Positions 9,634 to 18,435 of a DNA stretch of 64,000 nt are shown piece after piece (the stretch's first letter is position 1; each line of letters opens with the position of its first letter). The position numbers and the translations under genes were made by a program. The DNA comes from an uncultured Chloroflexia bacterium (GTDB taxonomy: Bacteria; Chloroflexota; Limnocylindria; Limnocylindrales; CSP1-4). The DNA is taken from NCBI GenBank assembly GCA_963766735.1, contig CAVYBU010000008.1, positions 160,001 to 224,000 of the forward strand, written 5' to 3'. The notes below the pieces were generated by a model. The model did not search any database. It saw only the letters and a program-made list of their open reading frames with translations, and had not been told where the DNA came from.

Positions 9634-9954
9634 TCAGGCGCCCGGTGCCCGGTAGGCTGTCCGGCGCCCGAACGCATCGTCGACCTCGCTCGCCGCCAGG
9701 AGCACCGTCGTCTTCACGTTGACCGAGCCGCTGGCCCCGACGGTCGCCGCGATCGCCATCGCCGCCGCGTTGTCCGGCAGCTCGGCGATCGCGATGAAGT
9801 CGTCATCACCGAACGCCCAGTACGCGGAGTCGATGCGACCACCGACACTCGCGGCCATCTCGGAAACGGTCGTGACGCGGCTGGCGGCCCCCTCCTTCAT
9901 GACTCCCTGGATGCCCTGCTGCGTGTAGGACGCGCGGAACAAGTAGAACGGCAT
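9634..9954 (-). CDS. GYD domain protein
   Basis: 106 aa, YLFRASYT...YWAFGDDDFIAIAELPDN...KTTVLL pattern; GGAGG SD; TTGACA at 10037-10042. Confidence 0.8.
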   Translation of the reverse strand: MPFYLFRASYTQQGIQGVMKEGAASRVTTVSEMAASVGGRIDSAYWAFGDDDFIAIAELPDNAAAMAIAATVGASGSVNVKTTVLLAASEVDDAFGRRTAYRAPGA

Positions 9955-10132
9955 TGGCCGAGCCCTCCGATACCCCCGGCGGCCGCGGGACGCGAACAGC
10001 TCAGGGTGAGGGAAAGTCTCCCACCCTGATAGCCGATGTCAAGGCGGCCGACGGTGGCAAGGCGGCCGGCGTGGCGGCGCGGGACAAGAGAGGCGGCGCC
10101 TGACTCAGCTCCATCGGCGGGCCGACCGGCGC

Positions 10133-12055
10133 TCAGCCGACCGCGACGGGCGCCTCGAGCTTCTCGATCCGGATCGCCGTCGCCTTGAACTCGGCCGTGC
10201 CGGACTTGGGGTCCGTGGCGTCGATCGTGAGGAGGTTGACCTCCACGTCATCGGGGTAGTGGAAGGTCATGAACGCCAACCCGGGGCGGAGGGCGCGATC
10301 GGCACGAACCGGCGCCTCGACGGCTCCGCGCCGGGAGACCACCCGAACGACCTCGCCCTCGGCGAGGCCGAACCGCACGATGTCCTCCGGGCACAGGTCC
10401 AGGGTCTCGTGACGGCGCTTGGGGGACGAGAACCCGCCCGATTGGACCCCGGTGTTGTAGGCATCGAGGTGGCGGCCCGTGGTGAGCCGGACCGGGAAGT
10501 CCTCGCTGAGCGCGTCCACCGGCGGTTCATGCTCCACGGGGACGAACGGGGCGCGGTTGCCCGGGACCGGGTCCGCCCAAAGACGCGAGTGGAGGAACGG
10601 CTCGCCCGGGTGCGTCTCGTCGTAGCAGGGCCACTGGAGCCCGTCCTCTGCCTCGAGGCGCGCGTAGCTCATGCCCCGGTGGGACGGGCAGAGCGCTCGC
10701 ATCTCGTTCCAGGCGGCCTCGGCGCTCGCCTCGCCCCAGTCGTGGCCCATGCGTCGCGCGATCTCGTAGATGATCCAGAGGTCGTCGCGCGCCTCGCCGG
10801 GAGGATCGAGGGCCTTGCGGACACGCTGGACGCGGCGCTCGGAGTTCGTGACCGTGCCCTCGCACTCGGCCCAGGAGGCCGCGGCCGGCAGCACGACATC
10901 CGCCATCTCGGCCGTGGCCGTGAGGAAGATGTCCTGGACGACCATGAACTCGAGGCCGCCGAGCAGTCGCTTCACGCGGTGGACATCCGCCTCCGACTGG
11001 ACCGGGTTCTCGCCGATGCAGTACAGGGCGGTCAGGTCGCCCCGCTCCATGGCGTCGTACATGACGCTCAGGTTCCAGCCGCGCTTGGGCGGGACGGTGA
11101 CGTTCCAGGCCTTGTCGAAGGGTGCCCGGAGCTCGTCGTTCTCCACGTGCTGGAAGCCCGGCAGGCGGTCCGGCAGGGCGCCGCTGTCGCCGCCGCCCTG
11201 GACGTTGTTCTGGCCGCGGAGCGGGTTGAGCCCGCTGCCCCACTTGCCGACGTGCCCGCACAGGAGGGCGAGGTTGATCAGTGCCAGGACGTTGTCCACC
11301 GCGTTGTGGTGCTCGGTGATGCCCAGCGTCCAGCAGATCATCGCCTTGTCGGCCTGGGCGTAGGCATGGGCCGTCTCGCGGATGGCCTGGGCCGGGACGC
11401 CGGTCTCGCGCTCCGCGCGCTCGAGGGTGTACGGCTCCACGCCCGCCTTGTACGCCTCGAAGCCGGACGTGGCGCGGTTGACGAACTCCTCGTTGGCCAG
11501 GCCGGCAGCAATGATCTCGCGGCCGATCGCATTGGCCATGATGATGTCGGTTCCGACATCGAGGCCCAGCCAGAGATCCGCCCACTCCGCGGACGATGTC
11601 CGACGCGGGTCCATGGCGATCAGGCGCGCGCCGTTCCGGACCCCCTTCAGGAGGTGGTGGAAGATGATCGGATGCGTCTCCCGGGCGTTGCTGCCCCAGA
11701 GGAGAATGACATCCGTCTCCTCGAACTCACGATATGAGCTGGTGCACCCACCAGCGCCGAACACGGTCGCCAGACCGGCGACAGATGGGGCGTGTCAGGT
11801 GCGGTTGCAGCTGTCGATGTTGTTGCTGCCCAGGACGACACGGGAGAGCTTCTGAGCCGCGTAGTTGACCTCGTTGGTCGAGCGGCTGCAGCTGAACATC
11901 CCGTAGGTCCTGGAGCCGTGCGCCTCGCCCGCTGCCCGGAGCCCGGCAACCACCCGCTCCAGCGCCTCGTCCCAGCTGGCTGGGCGGAGAGGACTGGTCT
12001 GGCGATCGCCGTCGCGTACGAGCGGCGTAGTCAGGCGGACGTACTCCTTCGGCAC
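10133..12055 (-). CDS. fdhF: Formate dehydrogenase catalytic (Mo/W-bisPGD) subunit, selenoprotein (Sec87)
   Basis: ORFs 11795..12574 and 10133..11764 are one frame joined by TGA: NNIDSCNRT-U-HAPSVAGL. Also PLRGQNNVQG, GTVTNSERRVQ and LTTGR motifs. GTG start with AGAGG SD; about 640 aa. Confidence 0.95.
11766..11797 (-). promoter_or_regulatory. UGA Sec codon plus bacterial SECIS hairpin
   Basis: UGA CACGCCCCAUCU GUCGCC-GGUCU-GGCGAC. The hairpin has a GGUCU apex like the E. coli fdhF SECIS and starts 12 nt after UGA. Confidence 0.85.
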
Positions 12056-12278
12056 TGGCGTACCTCTAGGGTGGGGTCCGATGGGGAGAGTGTAGTGCGC
12101 CGCGCCAGCTTGTGGGGTGGCGAAGTCGCGGCGATCGGGGACGGGGATCGCCCGTGGTGCACGCTGCGGACCCGGCCGGTGCGCGGGGATCGCCCGGTGG
12201 TAGCGTCGCAACACGGCGCGGGCAATGGCGCATCGGGACGGTTGCGCTGCCCGGCTGCCGCTGACCGGAGCCTGCCCG

Positions 12279-13724
12279 ATGCCGATCTCCATGCGTGTTC
12301 TCTCGGACGACGACCGGACGAACGTCCACGAGCAGTCGCTGGCCGTCCTCGCGAGGACGGGGATGCGGATCGATTCGGAGCGCGCGCGCCGGATCCTGGA
12401 AGCAGCCGGCGCGCAGGTGAACGAGGCCGACCGCAGGGTCCGGTTCCCGCGCGCGCTCGTGGAGGCGGCGCTCGCATCGGCCCCGAAGCAGTTCTCGCTC
12501 GGCGGCCGCCGCCCCGGGTACGCGCTGCCCATGAACGTCGGCGAATGCACGCTCATCCCGGACGGCGAGTCCACGACGTTCTACGACCCGGTCACCGGCG
12601 TCCGGCGCGACGCGACGCGCGAGGACTGGGCCGCCGCGACGAAGCTCGTGGACACGATGGACGAGGTCGGCGCGTACTGGCAGATGGTGACCGCCGGCGA
12701 GGATGCCCGGGGGATTGGCGCGCTCGTCTCCCACCTGGTGGAGACGTTCCGCCTGTTCTCCAAGCACGTCCAGGACGCCCCGGGAACCGTGGAGGAGGCT
12801 CGCTGGCTGCTGGAGCTGCTGGCGGCGATCTTCGGCGGCCGTGAGGCCGTTCGACGGGACCACCCGTACTCCGTCCTGTACTGCCCGGTCTCGCCGCTGG
12901 CAATGGAGGAGGAGCACACGGACGCCTATCTCGCGACGGTCGGCTGGGACATCCCGATCGCGATCATGCCCATGCCGATGATGGGCAGCTCGGCACCGAC
13001 CGGGCTGAGGTCCACCGTGGTCTCCGGCAACGCCGAGGTGCTGGGCACGATCTGCCTCGTGCAGGCGGCAGCGCCCGGGACGCCGGTCATCTACGCGCCC
13101 GCGCTGGCGGCGATGGAGCCGCGATCAGGGAGGTGGGGTGGCGGCAGCCCGGAGCACTCGCTGCTGGGCGCGGCGACCACCGAGATGGCCCGGTTCTACG
13201 GGCTGCCCGCCATCGCGTCCAACGGCGGCACCGATCACTTCGTCACCGGGGTCCAGGCCGCCTACGAGCGGACGCTGAACTGGGTGCTGCCGATGGTCTC
13301 GTGGCCGGACATCCTGATCGGCCCCGGATCTCTCGGCGGTGCGTCCACCCTGTGCCTGGAGCAGATGGTGCTCGACGTGGAGATCTACCGCGCCTGTCGA
13401 CGGCTCCGGGCGGGGATCGGGACGGGCGTCGGCGAGGCAGACGTGGTCGCGGCGCTGGATGAGGTGGGTCCGGTCGGCGACTTCCTCAGCCGGACGGCCA
13501 CCCGGGACGCGGTCCGCGGCGGCGAGTTCTTCAAGCCGAAGCTTGGGAATCACGGAACCTTCGATCACTGGGAGGCGGCCGGCCGCCCGGACATCCTGGA
13601 CGAGGCGCGGGAGAAGGCGTACGCGGCCATCGCCGGCCACCAACCGATCCCGTTCCCGGACGACGTGGCCGCGGAGCTGGCACGGCTGGAGACTGCGGCC
13701 CGGACGTCGACCGCGAAGAATTGA
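12279..13724 (+). CDS. mttB: MttB-family (trimethylamine methyltransferase superfamily) non-Pyl methyltransferase 1
   Basis: YCPVSPL, APTGLRSTVVSGNAEVLG, PGTPVIY, GSPE and MARFYGLP motifs; no in-frame amber. Confidence 0.88.
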   Translation: MPISMRVLSDDDRTNVHEQSLAVLARTGMRIDSERARRILEAAGAQVNEADRRVRFPRALVEAALASAPKQFSLGGRRPGYALPMNVGECTLIPDGESTTFYDPVTGVRRDATREDWAAATKLVDTMDEVGAYWQMVTAGEDARGIGALVSHLVETFRLFSKHVQDAPGTVEEARWLLELLAAIFGGREAVRRDHPYSVLYCPVSPLAMEEEHTDAYLATVGWDIPIAIMPMPMMGSSAPTGLRSTVVSGNAEVLGTICLVQAAAPGTPVIYAPALAAMEPRSGRWGGGSPEHSLLGAATTEMARFYGLPAIASNGGTDHFVTGVQAAYERTLNWVLPMVSWPDILIGPGSLGGASTLCLEQMVLDVEIYRACRRLRAGIGTGVGEADVVAALDEVGPVGDFLSRTATRDAVRGGEFFKPKLGNHGTFDHWEAAGRPDILDEAREKAYAAIAGHQPIPFPDDVAAELARLETAARTSTAKN

Positions 13725-13731
13725 GGCGACC

Positions 13732-15168
13732 ATGCGGTACGAGGCGGCATTCCTGAGCGCGGATGAGCGGGGGAGGGTCCACGAGGAGTCCCTCCGGATC
13801 CTTGCCGACGTCGGGATCAGGGTCCACGGGGAGGTGGCGCTGCCCCTGCTCGCCGAGGCAGGCGCGGAGGTGGACCCCGAGACCCGGCTGGTGAGGATCC
13901 CGCCCTCCCTGGTGGAGGCGGCGCTGTCGAAGGCACCGCGGTCGTTCGTCTGCGGCGCCCGGAACCCGATCCACGACTACGCGGTGCCGTCCCCGGTGAC
14001 CCGCTTCGCGATGGACGGGACGGCTGCCTTCACGCGGGATTTCACAACCGGGGAGCGGCGGTACGGCACCCGGCAGGACATCGTGGATGCCATGCGGGTC
14101 TTCGGGTCGTGCGACCTCACCGTGATGGGCTGGCCGCCCGTGGCTGCGAACGACAGGCCGGTGGCGTCGCGTCCGCTCCACGAGTTCACGGCCATGCTCA
14201 CGAGCACCTCCAAGCATGGCCAGCACGAGCTCCATCGCCGCGACCAGGCGCCATATCTGGGGGCGATCATCTCGGCGCTGGCCGGCGGCGAGGACCGCGC
14301 CCGGGAGCGCCATGAGGCGTCGGTCGTCTACTGCCCGGTGGCGCCCCTCGTGCACGACGGCGAGATGCTGGACGCGTACCTGGACCTCGGGGCGTGGGAT
14401 GTCCCGGTGTGCGTGCTGCCGATGCCCGTGCCGGGAACCACCGGCCCGGCGTCGGTGCTGGGGAACATCGCGCTCGCGAACGCCGAGGCGCTCTCTTCGA
14501 TCGTCATCTTCCAGGTCGCCCGGCCCGGGCGACCGCTGATGTACGGCAGCGCCGTGGGCTCGATGGACTTCCGGAGCGGAGCGTTCCTGGCCGGCACGCC
14601 CGAGATGGGGATCCAGTCAGCGGCCCTGACCACGATGGGCCGCTTCTACGGGCTGCCCACGATGGGTGCCGGCTGTGCCACGGATGCGCACGACATCGGG
14701 CCCGAGGCCTGCATCGAGAAGCTGATCACCATGCTGCCGTCGCTCTCGGCAGGGGCCGACATCGTGGTGGGGTACGGGGAGCTGGACGGTGACCAGACGC
14801 TGGTCCTGGAGCAGATTCTCGTGGACAACGAGCTCGCCCACCTCGCGCTTCGCATGTACGAGGGCGTGGACGGGCGAGACGGCGCCGAGCTGTACGAGGA
14901 CATCGCGGAGGTTGGGCCGGGCGGAAACTTCCTGGCCATGCAGGCGACGCGAAAGGCGGCCCGGAGCGGCGAGTTCTACGAGCCGGCGATGATCGGTCGG
15001 GCAAGCTACGACGCGTGGCACGCGCTGGGCAAGCCCACGATGTACGACCGGGCGCGGGAGCGGGTGCGAGAGATCCTGGACGGACCGATGGTGGACCCGG
15101 TGCCGGATGCGACGCTCGAGGACCTGGCCCGGATTCTGGCGGAGGCGGACCGGGCGCTCGTGGAGTAG
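13732..15168 (+). CDS. mttB: MttB-family non-Pyl methyltransferase 2
   Basis: YCPVAPLVHD, GTTGPASVLGNIALANAE, MDFRSG, GTPE, YGLP and GPGGNFL motifs. Confidence 0.88.
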   Translation: MRYEAAFLSADERGRVHEESLRILADVGIRVHGEVALPLLAEAGAEVDPETRLVRIPPSLVEAALSKAPRSFVCGARNPIHDYAVPSPVTRFAMDGTAAFTRDFTTGERRYGTRQDIVDAMRVFGSCDLTVMGWPPVAANDRPVASRPLHEFTAMLTSTSKHGQHELHRRDQAPYLGAIISALAGGEDRARERHEASVVYCPVAPLVHDGEMLDAYLDLGAWDVPVCVLPMPVPGTTGPASVLGNIALANAEALSSIVIFQVARPGRPLMYGSAVGSMDFRSGAFLAGTPEMGIQSAALTTMGRFYGLPTMGAGCATDAHDIGPEACIEKLITMLPSLSAGADIVVGYGELDGDQTLVLEQILVDNELAHLALRMYEGVDGRDGAELYEDIAEVGPGGNFLAMQATRKAARSGEFYEPAMIGRASYDAWHALGKPTMYDRARERVREILDGPMVDPVPDATLEDLARILAEADRALVE

Positions 15169-15268
15169 GCGGAGGAGGCGGGCCCGCCGGTCGCGACCGT
15201 CGCGGATCGACCGCTTGCCATCGGGCGCCGGGGGCGTCACCATCTGCGCCAGGAGGTGCGTCCCCACC

Positions 15269-15562
15269 ATGTACGGCACGATCGCGCGACTACACCCCAA
15301 GGCCGACCGGACCGACGAGCTCTACGCCTACGGCAGGCGGATGGAGCACGCCTCGGTCCCGGGCTTCAGGGCCAGCTACCTCTTCCGTCCCGACACGGAT
15401 CCCTACGAGACACCGACCGTGTTCCTCGTCGCCGTCTTCGACGACAAGGCCTCGTATCAGGCCAACGCGGCCAGCCCGGAGCAGCACGACCGCTACCTCG
15501 AGCTGCGCGCGCTGCTCGACGACGACCCGGACTGGATGGACGGGACGTTCGAGGGAGCCTGA
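15269..15562 (+). CDS. Small ABM-like (dimeric alpha+beta barrel) protein
   Basis: AGGAGG SD; MYGTIARL...LVAVFDDKASYQANAASPEQ...PDWMDG pattern. Confidence 0.7.
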   Translation: MYGTIARLHPKADRTDELYAYGRRMEHASVPGFRASYLFRPDTDPYETPTVFLVAVFDDKASYQANAASPEQHDRYLELRALLDDDPDWMDGTFEGA

Positions 15563-15832
15563 GAGGCGTTCCAGGGCGGCCGGTGGACGACCTCGATCCG
15601 TCGGCCTGCCCCCGACCCTGACGGGCGGCGCATCACCGAGAGTGCTTGTTGGCGCCCGAGCGAGCGCCACGATCCCGTCTGGCGTCGTCCTGATCACCCT
15701 GCGTGATCTCGGCGCATGTTTCCGCCCGTTTGCCGCCCCGTTTGGTGGCAGACCGGCCGAGATCCCGTGCAGATAGCATCCCAGGTGATGCCGGCCGCTG
15801 GTGGTCGCTGCCGGCCGCTGGCGGTGGCGCGG

Positions 15833-15930
15833 GCTAGCGGAGTTCGACGCCGGGCTGCCCCGCTGGCCGCTGCCGGCCGCTGCCGACCGCTGGCGCGGAG
15901 CTAGCGGAGTTCGACGCCGGGCTGCCCCGC
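15833..15930. repeat. 31-bp direct repeat duplicating the selD 3' end
   Basis: GCTAGCGGAGTTCGACGCCGGGCTGCCCCGC at 15833-15863 and 15900-15930. Confidence 0.85.
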
Positions 15931-16973
15931 CTCCACCGCACCGACTCGCCAGGCCGAGACGCCGGCGGCGGCGAGGGCCGCGGTGACCGCCGCGACATCG
16001 GCTGGGCGCAATGGCCGCCAGGAGGCCGCCGGAGGTCTGCGGGTCGTGGGCGAGGGTGACCATCTCGGGGGAGACGCCGTCGCCGATCGTCAGCGCCGGT
16101 GCCGTGAACCGACGGTTGTGACCGGCGCCGTCGGTCTCCGACGCCCGCACGCGCCAGGTCCAGGGAGCCGTCCAGGGCGGGCAGCGCGGCTGCCTCGAAG
16201 GAGAGCCGTGCTCCTGACGCCCGTGCCATCTCCAGCCCGTGTCCAAGCAGCCCGAAGCCGGTCACGTCGGTCGCCCCGCGGATACCGTGCCGAACGAAGA
16301 CCTCGGACGCGGCACGGTTGAGGGATCGCATCTGGTCGATCGCCGCATCCAGGTGGGCCTGCTGGACCCGGCCCTGGCGCTGTCCGCTCACCAGCAACCC
16401 GGTGCCCAGGCGCTTGGTCAGAAGCAGGACGTCGCCGGGCCGCGCACCCCCCTTGCGGAACAGGCGATCCGGGTGCGCGGCCCCGATCACCGCCAGCCCG
16501 TACTTCGGCTCCGGGTCCCGGATGGTGTGACCCCCGGCCAGTAGCCCGCCGGCCTCGCGGACCTTCGACGCTGCGGCTTCGAACACGGCCGCAAGGGCGG
16601 CCTGCGGGAAGTCCTCCGGGAAGGCCGCGATCGACAGCGCGAACAGGACGCGCCCGCCCATCGCGAACACGTCCGAGAGCGCGTTGGCCGCGGCGATCTC
16701 CCCGTAGGTGGCCGGGTCGTCCACGAGCGGCGGGAAGAAGTCGAGGGTTCCGAGGATGGCGAGGTCGTCCGAGACGCGCCAGGCGGCGGCGTCATCGGGT
16801 GGCTCGAGGCCCGCGATGAGCGCCGGATCGGCAGGGCCCGAACCTGCCCCGCCGCCGGCACCCAGGCCGGCGAGCGCCTCGGTCAGCAGGTCCGCGCCGA
16901 GCTTCGCAGCGCAGCCGCCGCAATCGGTCATCTCGGTCAGGCGGATGGGCGGGAGGTCGGGGCGCGTCGTCAT
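15901..16973 (-). CDS. selD: Selenophosphate synthetase, Cys-type (two apparent frameshifts near 16140 and 16000)
   Basis: CGGCAAK, DDAA, TLDFFPP, AANALSDVFAMGG, GGHT and TDVTGFGLLGH; DPQTSGGLL appears in a shifted frame. Confidence 0.9.
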
Positions 16974-17075
16974 GACCGCGATCATAGGCGGGCGAGCGAC
17001 CCGACGGACCGCGACCCGCTGGCGCGTCGCGCGTTACGCTGGCGGCTCGCCGGTGTGCACCACCGGCGGATGCGC

Positions 17076-17172
17076 GGGAGCGGAGGGGTCCCGGTGGGCC
17101 TCCCGGTCTTCAAAACCGGTGGCGCGGCGCCCGGCGTCGCGCGGTGGGTTCGACTCCCATGCGCTCCCGCCA
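17076..17172 (+). tRNA. selC: tRNA-Sec (anticodon UCA)
   Basis: Folded by hand: long D-stem with CGGT loop, CTTCAAA anticodon loop (TCA 17110-17112), 9-bp variable arm, GTGGG-TTCGACT-CCCAT T arm, G discriminator and encoded CCA. Divergent from selD. Confidence 0.95.
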
Positions 17173-17247
17173 CGCGCATGCGCTCCGGCCAATCGCCGCG
17201 TATCGGCCCGCCAACTACCCGCTGACTGGGCGCCGATCAGGCGCCGA

Positions 17248-18435
17248 CTAGGCCCCCGGGGTTCCGAACCGACCGGGATCCAGCTCGGCGGGTATCGCCG
17301 GCGCGCGGCCGAGGATCAGGTCCGTGACCAGGCGCGCTGACGCCGGTCCAGTCGAGATCCCCCACGGTCCGTGTCCCGCGCAGACGAACAGGTTCCGCTT
17401 GCCCGGAACCAGGCCCACCAGCGGCCGCCCGTCGTCGCTGAGCGGCCGGGCACAGGCGCGGACGCCACGGATCGGTGCCTCCGAGATGGCCGGGAGGAAC
17501 CTGGACGCCCGCACCAGGATCGGTTCGATCCAGGCGGCCGGGTCCGGTTCGAGCGCCAGGTGCGTGGCCCCGATCGATGCGGTCCCGGGCGTCGGGGCGA
17601 CGGTGGGCCTCACCGCGTCGTGCGTGGGCGCCTCGCTCTCCGCCGAGGCTGCGGGGTCGAGCTCCCAGCGCTGCCCGTGGCCGCTTGCCATGGCGATCAT
17701 GTCCGCGGCGGCATCCTCCCCGATCTCATCGACGATGTGCCGGGTCTGCGCCCGCAGCTCGACCTCGACCACGACGCCCCACAGGGGCCGGATGGGAGCC
17801 CAGGCGGCGGTGGGGTCCAGCAGCGCCGGCGTCCATGGCCCGGCGGCGGCCACCACGGCTCCGGCGGCGATCAGCTCGCCGTCGATCCGAACGCCGGCGA
17901 CGCCGTCGCCCTTGATCTCGAGCGTCGCCGCCCGCCCCATTCGAACGACGGTGCCGCGCGCCTCTGCGAGCGTCGCGTAGGCGTAGGTGGACGACGCCGG
18001 TGCGATCGGGTAGCCGAGCTCCGAGCGACATCCCCAGTAGCCTGCCGCGATCCCTGGTTCGGCCTCGCGCAGGGCTGCCTCATCGAGCACCGTCGCCCCG
18101 AGCTCCGGGTAGTACGCCTCGAGCGCCGCCTGCTGCGTGCGCACCGCCCTCTCCGACGTGGATACCTCGAGCAGGCCCGTGGGCCGCTCGCCGATGCGGA
18201 ACGAGCCCGAGCTGCTCGCGAGCTCCCGGTACAACACCACCGTTTCGTGATAGAGCGCGACCATCACCGGGTCGTACGGGTGCCAGACCACGCCCGAGTT
18301 GGCTCCGGACGCACCCGAGGCCAGCCCGTCGCGCTCGACCAGGAGGACGCTGGCACCGGCGGCGGAGAGGAACGCCGCCGCGGACGTCCCGACGATGCCG
18401 CCGCCAACGATGACGACGTCGACCGCCTCACCCAT
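17248..18435 (-). CDS. FAD-dependent amine/amino-acid oxidoreductase (DAO/DadA/sarcosine-oxidase-like)
   Basis: DVVIVGGGIVG, GASGANSG, AAGPWT, RPLSDDGRPLVG and GHGPWGISTGP motifs. Confidence 0.88.
   Translation of the reverse strand: MGEAVDVVIVGGGIVGTSAAAFLSAAGASVLLVERDGLASGASGANSGVVWHPYDPVMVALYHETVVLYRELASSSGSFRIGERPTGLLEVSTSERAVRTQQAALEAYYPELGATVLDEAALREAEPGIAAGYWGCRSELGYPIAPASSTYAYATLAEARGTVVRMGRAATLEIKGDGVAGVRIDGELIAAGAVVAAAGPWTPALLDPTAAWAPIRPLWGVVVEVELRAQTRHIVDEIGEDAAADMIAMASGHGQRWELDPAASAESEAPTHDAVRPTVAPTPGTASIGATHLALEPDPAAWIEPILVRASRFLPAISEAPIRGVRACARPLSDDGRPLVGLVPGKRNLFVCAGHGPWGISTGPASARLVTDLILGRAPAIPAELDPGRFGTPGA

Noticed and set aside
15901-16973. selD as a pseudogene
   Set aside because: All motifs are intact across frames and the rest of the Sec system is complete, so the indels are probably sequencing errors.
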